DNA of 64,000 nucleotides from Malacoraja senta (lineage: Eukaryota), in contig CM075977.1 in assembly GCA_038087875.1 (NCBI GenBank), forward strand, positions 93,744,001-93,808,000, in the 5' to 3' direction. The stretch's first letter is position 1. Each line of letters starts with the position of its first letter. This document shows positions 1 through 13,066 of the stretch, piece by piece. Under the pieces are notes generated by a model. The model was not told the origin of the DNA, did not search any database, and saw only the letters and a program-made list of their open reading frames with translations. The translations under genes were made by a program, and so were the position numbers.

Positions 1-1139
1 TTTCTTTACTTTATGCAAAAGTAAATTGTTTACCAGATTGTGCCTCTTGAAAATAAAGAAAGATATAAAAATATTTCTCCTTGCTAGCTTTATTGATCAA
101 TTAATAAATATTCCCTATGTATAACAATATGGCAAAACATTTTCATCAAATGATCCATGATCTTTTTGCCAACTTTAATATTAGGTTTAAAAGAAAGCTA
201 CAGTAAGTGCAATGCTATCCAGAAAATATAAAAATCTCAAAATCAAGATGAAAGGGAGGTCTCAATGCGATACAGTAAAGATTACGCATGAACACTAAGT
301 ATCTTTGTTAATTGATAAAGTTGCTGGAAACTGTAAACATTAAACATGAAAATAAATTCTGAGAATTGTTTGAAACTTCCACAATATATATATTTTTAAC
401 ATGCAGAACACACAGATTCCAAACTATTTCTTCGCTATTTTTGATTGCAAAGTGCTTAGAGGTATCTTTGAGAATGTGATATTGCATGATTAAATGCATG
501 ATATTCCTTTCTTTTTACTTTGCCATATTTTTAATGCTTGATTGAGCCTGACAGTGAAGTTACGTGAAAAACTATTGGGTTTTGTGGGAAATCTTCATAT
601 TTTGTTGTTTCTTCAAATGTACTTTGATGCTAGATTCTTCGAGGAATCCAGCGACAGAGCACAATGTTAATGTGGTTCACAACCACTTAGGCCGAGGTAT
701 TTTTTAGCATCCCATACCAGCCTAGAATTGATTCAAGGATGTTTAATGGAACGGCCACAAGGACCAACTAAATCACTTTGATATTTAAAAATGAGACTAT
801 TTAAGGCTTCGTGTTTTAGGTTTTATACTTTTTCCTTATTTTTTTCAGTATAATCAACAGATAGGGATTATTTTTTAATGTTTCTGAATGTTTTTCAGAG
901 TCACTCCAGGAATTCAGTCAGGCACTTCAGGTGCAATTTGCATCAGTGGCATTCAAGATATTCTCATTCCCTTTTGGAGCTCTGCAAGCCAACTTGCACC
1001 GTTCTGCCCATGAGTGGTATTTGTTAGGCAATTCTTTGACGTTATGATGTTTGTGATGTAATATTGGACTAGAAGCTGCATCAGCTACTCCTGCAACATT
1101 CTTCCAGAGATAACTCCATCTATAACATAGAAACATGGA

Positions 1140-1412
1140 CATAAAAACGTAGAAAATATGTGCAGGAGTAGGCCATTTGGCCCTTCGAGCCAGCACCGAA
1201 TATGATCATGATTGATCATCCAAAATCAGTACCCCGTTCCTGCTTTCTCCCCATTTCCCTTGATTCCATTTGCCCTAAGAGCTATATCCAACTCTCTCTA
1301 GAAAATAGTGAATTGGCCTCCACTGCCTTCTGTGGCAGAGAATTCCACAGATTCACAACTCTCTGGGTGAAAAGGTTTTTCCTCTTCTCAGTCCTAAATG
1401 GCCTACCCCTTA
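1140..1412 (-). mobile_element. CR1 LINE 3' end
   Basis: LRIRGRPFRTEKRKNLFTQRVVNLWNSLPQKAVEA followed by a CR1-type 3' UTR. Confidence 0.8.
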
Positions 1413-1527
1413 TTCTTAATCCCATCCTAAAACTCATTCTGTCCACTTTCTCAGACCACAATTGCCCCAGTTCTGAACAATGATCCCCAATCAACCATCA
1501 AACTTCAAACCCCTCACCACCCTTCTT

Positions 1528-1865
1528 GGGCAGCACAGTGATGCAGCTACCAGACTTGTTGCCTTACAGCTGCAGTGACCCAGGTACAATCCAACATCTT
1601 GGTGTGGTGTTTGCAAATTCACTCTATGACCCTGTGAGTTCCCTCTGGGTGCTCCGGTTTCCTCCCACATCCCAAGATGAGCAGTAGGTGGTAGGTTAAA
1701 TCACCATAGTAATTTATCCCTTATGTACAGCTGGGAAATAGAATATGAGGGTTGAGTTGATGGGAATGTGGAGAGAATAGATAACAGAGAACAATAGAAG
1801 AGAGTGGGATTATCCTGTGAGCCAGATAGACTCGAAGGGCTGAAATGACTTGTTTCTGTGCCATT
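1528..1865 (+). mobile_element. Degenerate HE1-like SINE
   Basis: gggcagcacagtg...gccttacagc...gggtgctccggtttcctcccacatcccaa. Confidence 0.65.
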
Positions 1866-2596
1866 AAGGATAATAGAAATGTGGACATCCATCTACAGTA
1901 CGTCAGTGTCTCTGAACTTTAAATTCCTGACAAGTTTGAAGTTTGTATAATCCAAACATGTTAAAAGTTGCTTCACATTCTTCAGAGAAGGAATTAATGG
2001 ACCAAACTCACTTATAATTTTTTTATGGATTAGGTAAAGCAAAACTGAAAAAACTCTGTAAGAAACATATTTTTGATGTCAAAATTAATATTCAAAATGA
2101 ATCTTGCCAATGCCAAAATTCTTCTGATTTATCAGTTTTTAGAAATTATTGATTAGTATTTTTCACTGCAGATTTATCCAAAGTTATGTTCAACAATACG
2201 AATTAAACTGGAAGTATTTTGTGGCCTAACTCAGCACTGACCAGTCTACGCTAAAATATTTTGCTCATGCAATAAAACATATTCAATAAACAAAAATGCG
2301 GATCTTTCCTATCAAGAATCTAAGCCACTCAAATGGAATTCAGGAAGGAAATAATTGTCCTTGCCCTTATAAATAATATTTTCCTAGTAGCACGTGGACT
2401 TAATAGAAAGTTGTGCATTTTAACTTAGAAACGTTCAGGAAATCAATGGAGCACCAAAATAGTCAGAATTGTCCAGAAGCTATTATCCAATACAGTGAAA
2501 AATATTTATGTTTCGTCCAAACACTGGGAGTAATGCTAGGATACAATATCACATCAGTGTCATCTAAACCAACCTGGGCTTTGAGTAGAACTAGAC

Positions 2597-3197
2597 CAAC
2601 ACACAAACCAACCTCCCTTCCATTGACTTCATTTATACCTCACGCTGCCTTGGCAAGGTCAGCAACATATTCAAGGACGAGTCGGACTCTGGCTACTCCA
2701 TCTTCTCCCCTCTCCCATTGGGCAAAAAGTATAGAAATGTGAAAATGCACACAACCAGATTTGGGGACAGTTTCTTCCCAGTTTTTATCAGGTAACTGAA
2801 CCAACCTACCACAACCAGAGAGCAGTCCTGAACTCCAATCAGACCATCCTTGATCAGACTTTACTGGTTTTACCTTGCACTAAACGTTACTCCCTTATCA
2901 TGTGTTGGAAGGAGCTGCAGATGCTGGTTTAAACTGAAGATAGTCACAAAACGTTGGAGTAACTCAGCAGGACAGGCAGCATCTCTGGAGAGAAGGAATG
3001 GGTGACATTTTGGGTCAAGACCCTTCTTTAGACTCCCTGAGTTACTTCAGCTTTTTGTGTCTATTCCCTTATCATATATCTGTACACAGTGAAAGGCTCA
3101 ATTGTGATCATGCATTGTCTTTCCGCTGACTGGTTAACATGCAAAAAAAGCTTTTCACTGTACCTCGGTAAATGTGACAATAAACTAAACTGAACTA
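2597..3197 (+). mobile_element. Rex1/Babar 3' end interrupted by a Penelope-type terminal repeat pair
   Basis: Degenerate LPSIDFIYTSRCLGK...TRFGDSFFP and aataaactaaac tail; insert at about 2902-3064 flanked by the direct repeat tcccttatcat. Confidence 0.7.
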
Positions 3198-3485
3198 GAA
3201 TATGGTGTCTGTGTAGGAAGGAACTGCAGATGCTGGTTTAAACCGAAGATAGACACAAAAAGCTGGAGCAACTCAATGGGTCATACAGCATCTCTGGAGA
3301 GAAGGAATAGGTGATGTATCGGGTCAAGACCCTTCTTCAGACTGAACCCAAGCTGACATCTTGACCTGAAACATCACCTATTCCTTTTCTCCAGAGATCC
3401 TGTCTGACCCGCTGACTTACTCCAGCTTTTTGTAACCTCGCTGGGCGATTTACCAAGAATAATGAAGTCCTCCCAGTTTAAAACG

Positions 3486-3562
3486 CCAACCACCCGCCCC
3501 CCCCAACCCCCCACCCCCTACCCCCACCCCCCCCACCCCCACCCCCCCCCCCCCGCCCCCCT
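3486..3562. repeat. C-rich low-complexity tract
   Basis: Runs of C separated by single bases. Confidence 0.9.
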
Positions 3563-4474
3563 CTCATGCCTGTGAGAGTCTGATATGGTGTTATAGCAGA
3601 GAGAAGTGTGCAGACTTTGGAGAGTTACATGGGGCACATGGCTGGAGGTAAGGACAGGGAGATCAGTTGTAGATTTTATGAGGACTTACAATGACGAGAA
3701 AATTGAATAATTATAATGCCAGTACCATAATGCCAATTGCAAAATTTACATTAGTGCAAGTTATCATGGGTTCTTACCTTTGAAATATTATGGAAATGTA
3801 GTGGAAATGCAGTTGCACCGGTTTTGGCTCATTGTACTCTAGTTGAGGAGGCCCTGCTGGTCAGCGCATTGTCCTTGTGCCCTGCTCTACCTTACTCAGA
3901 CTATGTGAGCAACCTATGGGTGGAAACGTATGACACGAAAGAGCAGGATTCGCAATGGCCTGCAATGGCCTGCGGACTCCCACAAAATGGTGCTGTTTTG
4001 TGGGAGTCTGTTAGTACAGCAACAAGTCTGAAGAAGGGTCTGGACCCGAAATGTTACCCATTCCTTCTCTCCAGAGATGCTGCCTGTCCCGTTGAGTTAC
4101 TCCAGCATTCTGTGTCTACCTTCGATTTAAACCAGCATTTGCAGTTCCTTCCTACACAACATGTCCCCTACAGTGGCTTGAGTTCCATTCCCATTTCTGG
4201 CCAAGGAATTGTGGGGGGATGTGAGGCAACACCTGGTAGAGCTGTTGCCTCACAGCGTCAGAGACCCAGGTTCGATCCTGACCTCGGGTGTTGTCCGGTC
4301 AGAGTTTGCATGTTCTCCCTGTGTCTACGTGGGTTTTCTCCAGGTGCTCTGGTTTCTTCCCACATCCAAACAATATGCGGGGTTGAAGGTTAATTGGCAT
4401 CTGTAAATTGTTCCCAGTAAATTGTCCCCAGTGTGTTGGGAGTGGATGCAAAAGAGAAATTACATAGAATTAGT

Positions 4475-4528
4475 GGGGTGGGAGATTGCAACCTTCACGT
4501 GGTCCATCCTGTTTCGACTAATGCAATC
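4475..4528 (+). ncRNA. Minimal HDV/CPEB3-like self-cleaving ribozyme (predicted)
   Basis: P1 GGGGTGG/CCATCCT with G1-U wobble, P2 GATTGCA/TGCAATC, P3 ACC/GGT, L3 TTCACGT, tiny P4 GT-TTCG-A, J4/2 CTAA with candidate catalytic C4518. Confidence 0.75.
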
Positions 4529-4608
4529 AACCCCACGTGCACAAACAAATAGATCAAATAGAACAAGTTGACCTACAACTTTAGGCTGTGTACGCCATAC
4601 GCAAGAAG
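4475..4608 (+). mobile_element. Short non-autonomous retroposon headed by an HDV-like ribozyme, (AAG)n tail, inserted in an HE1 SINE
   Basis: TSD atagaattagt (4464-4474) / atagaactagt (4609-4619); second copy at 12913-13066; the first 54 nt fold as an HDV-type double pseudoknot. Confidence 0.8.
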
Positions 4609-6329
4609 ATAGAACTAGTTAGAATGGGTGATTCATGGTCAGGGAGGACCCACGCGTTGGGCCAAAAGCCTGTTTCCATGCTGCATCTCTAAATGAAACT
4701 AAACTAATATACCAGTGCATTGTAATGATTGGAAACAATGAATATGGAGTGGTGTGGGGTCAGATTGATTTCACACCTGCTTATGGCATGTGTTTATGTG
4801 GGCGCAGGTATGAAAATTGCTTATACCATCTTTTCTACAAACAAAATTAAAATTTGTTATTGAATTTAATGGCACGAATATTTCTGAGCCTTTATTAAAA
4901 CATTAAGGAATCAATGGTCAAATTTGAAGCTTGCACACTTTGCAACTTAAGCAGTAATCTAATGATATTTCTGTGGAGGATATCCTCTATTTACTTAATG
5001 TTTCATGATCATTCCTCACAGTCCTATATTTTGAAGCCTTTGCGAATGTCAGATCAATTCCTTTATGTATTCAATCCATTTATTTTTGACACAGCTGTAA
5101 TTCTTAACAACTGTTCAAAAGGAATCAGACAGAAGATAATAGATGCTGACGCAAATGTTTAAAAGGAACATTTATTTACAAAACAGGTATTTAATAGGAT
5201 TACAAGATGCTTTTGCCAAATGATTTTATTTTGGTTAAGCATGAAGTATAACATAAATTAATCAAAGGACGGTTTTGAAGTAAATATTTATTTTCTGAAG
5301 CGAACTTTTGGGACAAGTTAATTTTTGTTGAAAGCTTTTGGTGGTCATTGGGTGCATAAATTCTTCACTATAAAACTTGTTTCCCTTTTTACAGGTTTAC
5401 CTACCAGATTTTGAGCATTCTTTTAAATGATCTAGAAATATGATAAGTTTATGAAGGAACTGCAGATGCCGGAACAATCAAAGGTGGACAAAAATGCTGG
5501 AGAAACTCAGCGGGTAAGGCAGCATCTATGGAGCGAAGGAATAGGTGGCATTTTGGGTCGAGACCCTTCTTCGAAGGGCTGAATGGCCTACTCCTGCACC
5601 TATTGTCTATTGTCTATAGGAAGCTAGAGGAAATTGTAGATGTACATCTCCAGCGATGTCTGTGGAAGTGCTGCCACGTTAGACATGCTGTGAAATTTAA
5701 TAACAAGGTACTTACTGCTCCTTACCCAGCCAGACTGAGGTTGGCTGGCTAATAGACCAAAAGGCTAGTGACTGGGGCTGCAGCTGGTGTTTGCTGGGTG
5801 AATGGTAACTGGAAAAGGTTGTGGCATGGTAGGTAGCAAAGAGATTTCTAAACATAGATGTGAAGAGGAGAGAGCAATGGGGAAATCTAAATGCGGGGTT
5901 GATGGGCAGAAAGTGGACAGAGAGACAGACTGGGGTGGAAGATTTGTTTAACGGGTCAAGGAACAATTCCTGTTTGGCGTGGTCATCTGCACCCTGACCT
6001 CTTGCGTCCGTCTACTCTTGTTTCCCTTTATCTCTGATTGTTGGCAAACCCAGACAGCTAACCATAAATTGTATTGATTGAAAATGTTTGTCAAATGGAA
6101 CCTGATTAACATATGAATCAAAAAGAAGAGTGCTTGAGGAACTCAACGGGTGAGGCAGCATCCGATGGAAGAAGTAGACAGATGACATTGCAGGTTTTGA
6201 CCCTTCTTCAGACATATTATTCATCAAACATCAGTGCATTAGCTATATCTCTCCAGAGTGTGTTTTCTGGGATCGACAGTAGTTAAACTAAGTACATGCA
6301 CATCTGCAGTGGGTTGGTCTTGAAATTTG

Positions 6330-6750
6330 CATATTTAGTATATGCATAAGTAGACTGTATACTACTTAAAATCAGACCATAATAGTGACAAAAATGGAGG
6401 TCCATAGTGCAATCAAAACAAAGCCCAAGGTAGATCATAGTTGGTAAGATGGTGATCGGAGTTGTGCAGTGTTCAAGAGCCTTGTTGGTTGCTGGGAAGA
6501 AGTTGTTCTTGAATCTGGAGGTTACGGTTTTCAAGCTCCTGTACCTTCTTCCCCATGGCAGTAGCCAGATGAGAGCATGGCTAGGGTGATGTGGGTCTTT
6601 TATGATCTTAGCTGCCTGTTTTTTAGTTAATGCCTCCTGTAGATCCCTTTGATGGGGTGAAGGTCAGTACCCGTGATGAACCAGGAAGTGTCGACCACTT
6701 TCTGCAGCCTCCTTCATTCCTGGGTGTTTGGGTTACTGAGCCAGGCATGA
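6330..6750 (-). mobile_element. Degenerate Rex1/Babar 3' fragment
   Basis: Minus strand reads KTVTSRFKNNFFPA, matching the C-terminus of the LINE at 9861-11064. Confidence 0.65.
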
Positions 6751-9435
6751 TGCAAAGGACAAGATACCATGGGGTATCTAAGATACATCACTATCAGCTG
6801 GAGTTCTGGACCTAGAATTCAAATGGAAACAAGACCCTATCTATTGATCAATGATCAAGGAAATTTGACATCCCACCTATTCTAATCAATATATAATTCC
6901 TGGCCCATCAACGTGATTCACTCTTATCATCCTTCTCAATTAAATAGTAGCTGGTTAATAAATGCTGACATTGCAACCACATCGACAGACGGTGGGAGCA
7001 GCTGAGACTGGGCATCTTGGTTGACATGAATGAGTTAGGCCGGAGAGCCTGTCTCTGTGTAGCATGACTCTATGACTGTGAATGAATTGTTTAAGTCTGT
7101 GTCTGAACCCAAAAGAAAATTCCACTTCCTTGCAATAACTGTGTGGCAAAGACAGTGTATCATGGAGGTCCGTCCTGGTATCCTGGAAGCTATTCTGATC
7201 ACTTCATTCTGCAACAGTCCACCATGCAATCTACATTGCAATCACCATGATAAACTAAAGATTAGCCACTGGACCTTCCATGACCACCTGACATTAACTC
7301 TGGTGTGCGGCTCACTATCAGGTGTGACGTTATGTATGCCGTGGGAATCCTGCTGTCACATAGAATGTGATATTGGTCACCACGCATGCCTGAAGAAAAG
7401 TCTGCAACAGTCAGGATCCAGGGGACACAAAACTGCGTAGCCTAAATATCAGCCCTTCCCAGCAGTATATTATGAGGAGCAACATGATGAGATGCATTTA
7501 TCAAATATCATCTGAGTGGTGTAGATAAATGGTTGAAATTTTGGGAGGATTTTCGTTACAAAGTGCAGAACTTCCCATTCATCCTCTGGGTTAACTCCAA
7601 TCCAGCTGTCCGAAGAAGGGTCTCGACCCAAAACGTCACCCATTCCTTCTATCCAGAGATGCTGCCTGTCCCGCTGAGTTACTCCAGCATTTTGTACCTA
7701 TCTTTGGTATTATCCAGCATCTGCAGTTCCTTACTGCACAGCTGGATGTTTGGTAGAGATGAAGTGCTATATTATAGTGAAGAAGATTGAGAAGATCTTT
7801 GCTTGACCCAGTTTACATAGGGATTGAGTGTGTGTTAGTCTTGTTGGTTAAGATTGCAGCTTGTATGTTATTATTTATCTCAGACAGAATTGTCATGAAC
7901 TTAAGATAGACACAAAGTGCTGGAGTAACTCAACGGGTCAGGCAGCATCTTTGGAGTAAAATGATGGGTGACGGTTCAGATCGGGACCATTCTTCAGGCC
8001 TTCATGAATTTCTCAGGATAACTAAATTTGAAAAGAATTTTCTATAATCCCTCTGAATTTAAGGAGTAAAAGGCTTTTGTGAGGTTGATAAAAGCTATGT
8101 ACTGTGGTTGCTGCAGCTCTTTTCATTTGACTTGGATTTACTGAGTGGTGAATTGGATGGTTTCTTGTTTAGAACAATGAAGGCATCTGAAGAAGGGTTT
8201 TGACCCGAAACGTTGTCTATTTCCTTTGCTCCATAGATGCTGCCTCACCCGCTGAGTTTCTCCAGCATTTTTGTCTACCATCTAAATAACCTGGCATTTC
8301 TTCTCTTCGCAGATGAGGCAGATGATGATAAGACTAGAAACTTCTCAGCCACATTTTAGTACTCACTTAATCATAGGCCAGAACTGATCTGAATCTCCCT
8401 GAGAGCAGTCTCACCTCAACAGAATCTTTGAAATTACCCAAAATTTAAGAAACAGTTAAACAGGTACATGGATTGGACAAGTTTGGAGGAATATGGGCCA
8501 AATGCAGGCAGGTGGGACTAGCATAGCTGGAACATGTTGGCCGGTGTGGGTAGAAGGGCCTGTTTCCACGCTGTATGATTCTATGACTATATTACTCTAT
8601 TTCATATTTCTGGCCTCTGCAATTTTTAATAATTAGCATTCTTTGAAATTATGTAACTGAGATGGTAGATTTTCAGAAAATGATGCATAGCCTTAATTTA
8701 CAAATTTAGTTAAACCTCCCCCCACTTTGATTGAGTAGAGTCTGAGTCTTCTTATAGACATGCCTAAAAATTGCATTGGGCGAGAATTAAAGCATTAATT
8801 GGGGAACTGATGTGTCTGTCTCCCTCACAGTCATTCAGTCACTTGCCTTCCTTGTGACAATCAGGCGAAAATGAGGTGCAACATTACATTGTCTAACAAA
8901 TATTAGTTGCTACTAATCCATTGAAGTCCTTCCCGGAAGCTTCAGTCCCTCAAGATTACACAAGGTGAGACATGGTTTCCCTACAAGGCAGAGAGCTGCC
9001 ATGCCTTCCTAGAATGAATCCCTAATTCCATACACCATGGGAACATTTTTCTTAGTTTAGGGATGATGCAGAGAACACTTACTGAAGGTTACAATGCAGA
9101 ATGTGTATCTCAAAACGCTCGGCAACAGCTGAGCGTTTATCTAACTTTTTAGGCAACTGTCTGAGTTCTTATCCATGAGCAATCCAGACAATTTGTACAA
9201 ACAACCAGTAGTGTATTCAATTGGATGCTTTGTCTGGTAATTAAATAAAGGTGAGAGACAACCAACCTACTGAACAGAACTCTTTCACGGTTTGTTTAAA
9301 TATCAGTTTCAAGGCACTGTCTCACAATCAATATGTCTCAAAGTTACTGATGATGAGACCATTTCTGCCTGTTGCATGTATGTGGTGTTCTGTTGATTGT
9401 TTTAATGAAGAGGTAGCATTTAAAGTAAGTAGGAA

Positions 9436-9860
9436 TGATAGACAGAAAATGCTGGAGAAACTCAACAGGACAGGATGCATCTCTGGAGAGAAGGAATGGG
9501 TGATGTTTCGGGTCGAGACCCATCCAGCCTGAAGAAGGGTATCAACCCAAAATGTCACCAATTACTTCTCTCCGGAGATGCTGCCTGACCCGCTCAGTTA
9601 CTCCAGCATTTTGTGTCTATCTTCGGTGTAAACCAGTATCCGCAGTTACTTCCTGAACAAAGTAAGTAGGAAGGTAGACAAAAGTACTGGAGAAACTCAG
9701 CGGGTAAGGTAGCATCTATGGAGCGAAGGAAATAGGCAACGTTTCGGCCCGAAACGTTGCCTATTTCCTTCGCTCCATAGATGCTGCCGCTCCCGCTGAG
9801 TTTCTCCAGCACTTTTGTCTACCTTCGATTTTCCAGCAACTGCAGTTCCTTCTTAAACAA
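9436..9860. mobile_element. Two adjacent inverted Penelope terminal-repeat pairs (two subfamilies)
   Basis: First pair flanked by the 14 bp TSD aaagtaagtaggaa (9422, 9659); second pair is centred on aacgtttcggcccgaaacgtt. Confidence 0.75.
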
Positions 9861-11064
9861 ACTCCGCTCTGGACCACTTGGACAACAAAAACTCATATGT
9901 CAGGCTGTTATTCATCGATTACAGCTCGGCATTTAACACAATCATCCCCTCCAAGCTGGTTACCAAACTCGCAGAACTGGGTCTCTGCGCATCCCTCTGC
10001 AATTGGATCCTCGACTTCCTCATTCACAGACCACAGTCTGTTCATATTGGTGGAAATGTGTCAGCCTCGATAACAATCAGCACGGGAGCACCTCAAGGCT
10101 ACGTGCTCAGCCCCCTGCTGTACTCACTCTATACTCATGACTGCATAGCCGGTCATAGTGCGAACTCCATCATCAAGTTCGTTGACGACACCACTGTGGT
10201 GGGACGTATCACTGAGGGGGATGAGTCAGAGTATAGAAGAGAGATCGAGCAACTGTCCATATGGTGCCAGCACAATAACCTGGCCCTCAACACCAGCAAA
10301 ACCAAGGAACTGATTGTGGACTTTGGAAGGAGTAGGATGGGGACTCACAGTCCCGTTTATATCAACGGGTCGATGGTTGAAAGGGTCAAGAGCTTCAAAT
10401 TCCTGGGGGTGCACATCTCTGAAGATCTTTCCTGGTCCGAGAACACTAATGCAATTATCAAGAAAGCTCATCAGCGCCTCTACTTCCTGAGAAGATTACA
10501 GAGAGTTGGTTTGTCAAGGAGGACTCTCTCTAACTTCTACAGGTGTACAGTAGAGAGCATGCTGACCGGTTGCATCGTGGTTCGGCAACTTGAGTGCCCT
10601 GGAGAGGAAAAGACTACAAAAAGTAGTAAACATTGCCCAGTCCATCATCGGCTCTGACCTTCCTTCCATCGAGGGGATTTATCACAGTCGCTGCCTCAAA
10701 AAGGCTGGCAGTATCATCATGGACCCACACCATCCTGGCCACACACTCATCTCCCTGCTACCTTCAGGTAGAAGGTACAGGAGCCTGAAGACTGCAACAA
10801 CCAGGTTCAGGAATAGCTACTTCCCACAGCCATTAGGCTATTAAACCTGGCTCGGACAAAACTCTGATTATTAATAACCCATTATCTGTTATCTGCACTT
10901 TATCAGTTTATTTATTCATGTGTGTATATATTTATATTATGGTATATGGACACACTGATCTGTTTTGTAGTAAATGCCTACTATGTTCTGTGTGCTGAAG
11001 CACAGCAAGAATTTCATTGTCCTATCAGGGACACATGACAATAAACTCACTTGACTTGACTTGA
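9861..11064 (+). mobile_element. Rex1/Babar-clade LINE, 5'-truncated (RT and C-terminus)
   Basis: [47 protein letters not shown]; frameshift near 10580; AATAAA and (CTTGA)n tail. Confidence 0.9.
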
Positions 11065-11640
11065 AGTAGGAATATGGACTTTGAGCAAGTATTGGTAAGA
11101 TGCCAATACTGCCTGATGCAATTTGGAGGCCATTGTGTTCTCCTCAGATGTGAGAAGAGTTGATTAGATTTTCTGGCTTCATATAACCTGAAAAATAATA
11201 AAACAACACAGCACCAGAAATGATCATCATAGATTACAATACCCTACATACTTCCATTTATTTGAGGAAAAATTGAAAAATTGCATATTAACTTATTTAT
11301 GAACAATGAATAGGCTAGATGTGTTGGTCTGGTCATCCATCGTAGAATCAGCCTGACAAGGGTTACCAAAGATTCCATCCAGCAATAAATGACACACTTG
11401 ATGGAAAAATCAGCTGTTCTTGTGGCAGTGGTACAGGGCACCAACCCTCACAGAAGTGGAGGTTATGGGGATGTGGCTCCCATCAGAGTGTGTGCTCAAG
11501 AACATGGTGTAGGCTGCAGTTGCTGTCACAGGTAGGACTCGACTTCCCCGATCTCTCTGGGACTTATAACATTGGCTTTAGTCACTGAGGGGAGTCACCT
11601 CAGACTGGGTCTGGTCACTGAGGATGAACCAACACTGGGT

Positions 11641-11772
11641 AAGGTCTGAAGAAAGGTCTTGACCCGAAACATCACTCATTCCTTCGCTCCAGAGATGCTG
11701 CCTGTCCCGTTGAATTACTCCAGCATTTTGTGTCTATCTTTGGTTTAAACCAGCATCTGCAGTTCCATCCTA
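11641..11772 (+). mobile_element. Solo Penelope terminal repeat with hammerhead core
   Basis: 11 bp TSD caacactgggt at 11630 and 11773. Confidence 0.75.
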
Positions 11773-11837
11773 CAACACTGGGTCTGGTCACTGGGGCTCA
11801 TCCGTCACTATGTTGGACACTGTAGATCATTCCAATT

Positions 11838-12148
11838 TTAGACTTTAGACATACAGCATGGAAACAGGTCCTTTGGCCCAGCCAGTCCGCGCCGACCAGC
11901 GATCACTCTGAACACTAGAACAATCCCACACTCTAGGGACAATTGACAATTTATAATTTACAGAAGCCAATTAACCTAGAAACCTGTACGTCTTTGGAGT
12001 GTGGGAGGAAACTGGAGCACCCGAAGAAAACACACGCAGTCACAGGGAGAACGTACAAACTCCGTACAGACAGCATCTGTAGTCAGGATTGAACCCGGGT
12101 CTCTGGCACTGTAAGGCAGCAACTCTACTGCTGCGCCACCGTGCCGCT
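11838..12148 (-). mobile_element. HE1-like SINE
   Basis: Reverse complement of the same consensus, full length. Confidence 0.85.
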
Positions 12149-12696
12149 TTGGGTCTGGTCAGTGGGATCTCCCAGCACTGGGCCCAGTTCCTGGAGCCCT
12201 GCCATGTCATGCTCATGTTCCCTGAGTCTAAACTACGCTGGGTCTAATCCCAAGATCCATGATGCTCCATAGATGCTGCTGCACCCGCTGAGTTTCTCCA
12301 GCTTTTTTGTGTATCCACAATGCAGGATCCAGCACATGGGATATTTATTGTCCAGCATTTATCGTCAGTCTCTTAATTATCTTTGAGGAGGTAGTAGTGT
12401 CTTCTTGAACGATTGGAGGTCTTTTGGCAAAGGCACTCTATAATTCTTCAGGTAGGCAGTTTCAGGATTTAGACCTAGAAATGACAAGGGAATGGCAATA
12501 CTGTATATTTCCAAGTTAGGGTGATGTGGGACTTGGAGGAGGCAGTAATCCAGTGCTCCTGAAGTCCTCACATGGAGATGGGACTTTACAAGGTTTCCAC
12601 GAGGTGACCTCTACTCATTTTACCATGAGCAGTTAATCTAACACAGATAGATTGGTGAGTACGTCAAGGAGATTGTTCTGGTAGTTTGATGACCCA

Positions 12697-12815
12697 GAAT
12701 CCAAGAACCAGGCTGGACCAGATAGTGTGGCATCAGACCCAGACTGGACCAGGTACCAGACACCATATGGTGTGGCACCAGAACCAGACTGGACCAGGTA
12801 GCAGGGACCAGATTA
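12697..12815. repeat. Short tandem repeat of about 45 bp units
   Basis: ccagactggaccaggta...gtgtggca repeated about 3 times. Confidence 0.6.
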
Positions 12816-12912
12816 GGCAGAGATCAGACGCTCTTGGACAAGATGTGCCTGGAAGAAAGAGATCAGACTGGGTTTGGGGCTCGGACATAGATAAGCTGAC
12901 CGGACATCGCTT

Positions 12913-13066
12913 CTTCTTCTTCTTCTTCTTCTTCTTCTTCTTGCGTATGGCGTGCACAGCATAAAATTGTAGGTCAACGTTCTATTTGATCTATTTGTTT
13001 GTGCACGTCGGGTTGATTGCATGTCGAAACAGGGTGGACCACGTGAAGGTTGCAATCTCCCACCCC
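12913..13066 (-). mobile_element. Second copy of the HDV-ribozyme-headed short retroposon, long (AAG)n tail
   Basis: Reverse complement matches 4475-4608; TSD accggacatcgctt (12899-12912) / acctgacatcgctt (13067-13080); P1 GGGGTGG/CCACCCT; J4/2 is 2 nt shorter. Confidence 0.8.

Larger units (their letters stand above)
4222..4705 (+). mobile_element. HE1-like SINE interrupted by the ribozyme retroposon
   Basis: Head at 4222-4330, tail resumes after 4609. Confidence 0.75.

Noticed and set aside
3824-4393. 189 aa ORF
   Set aside because: Chance read-through across a Penelope repeat and an HE1 SINE; no domain or splice support.
12686-13055. ORFs with poly-Phe, poly-Lys and poly-Arg runs
   Set aside because: Translations of the (CTT)n tail of the ribozyme retroposon.
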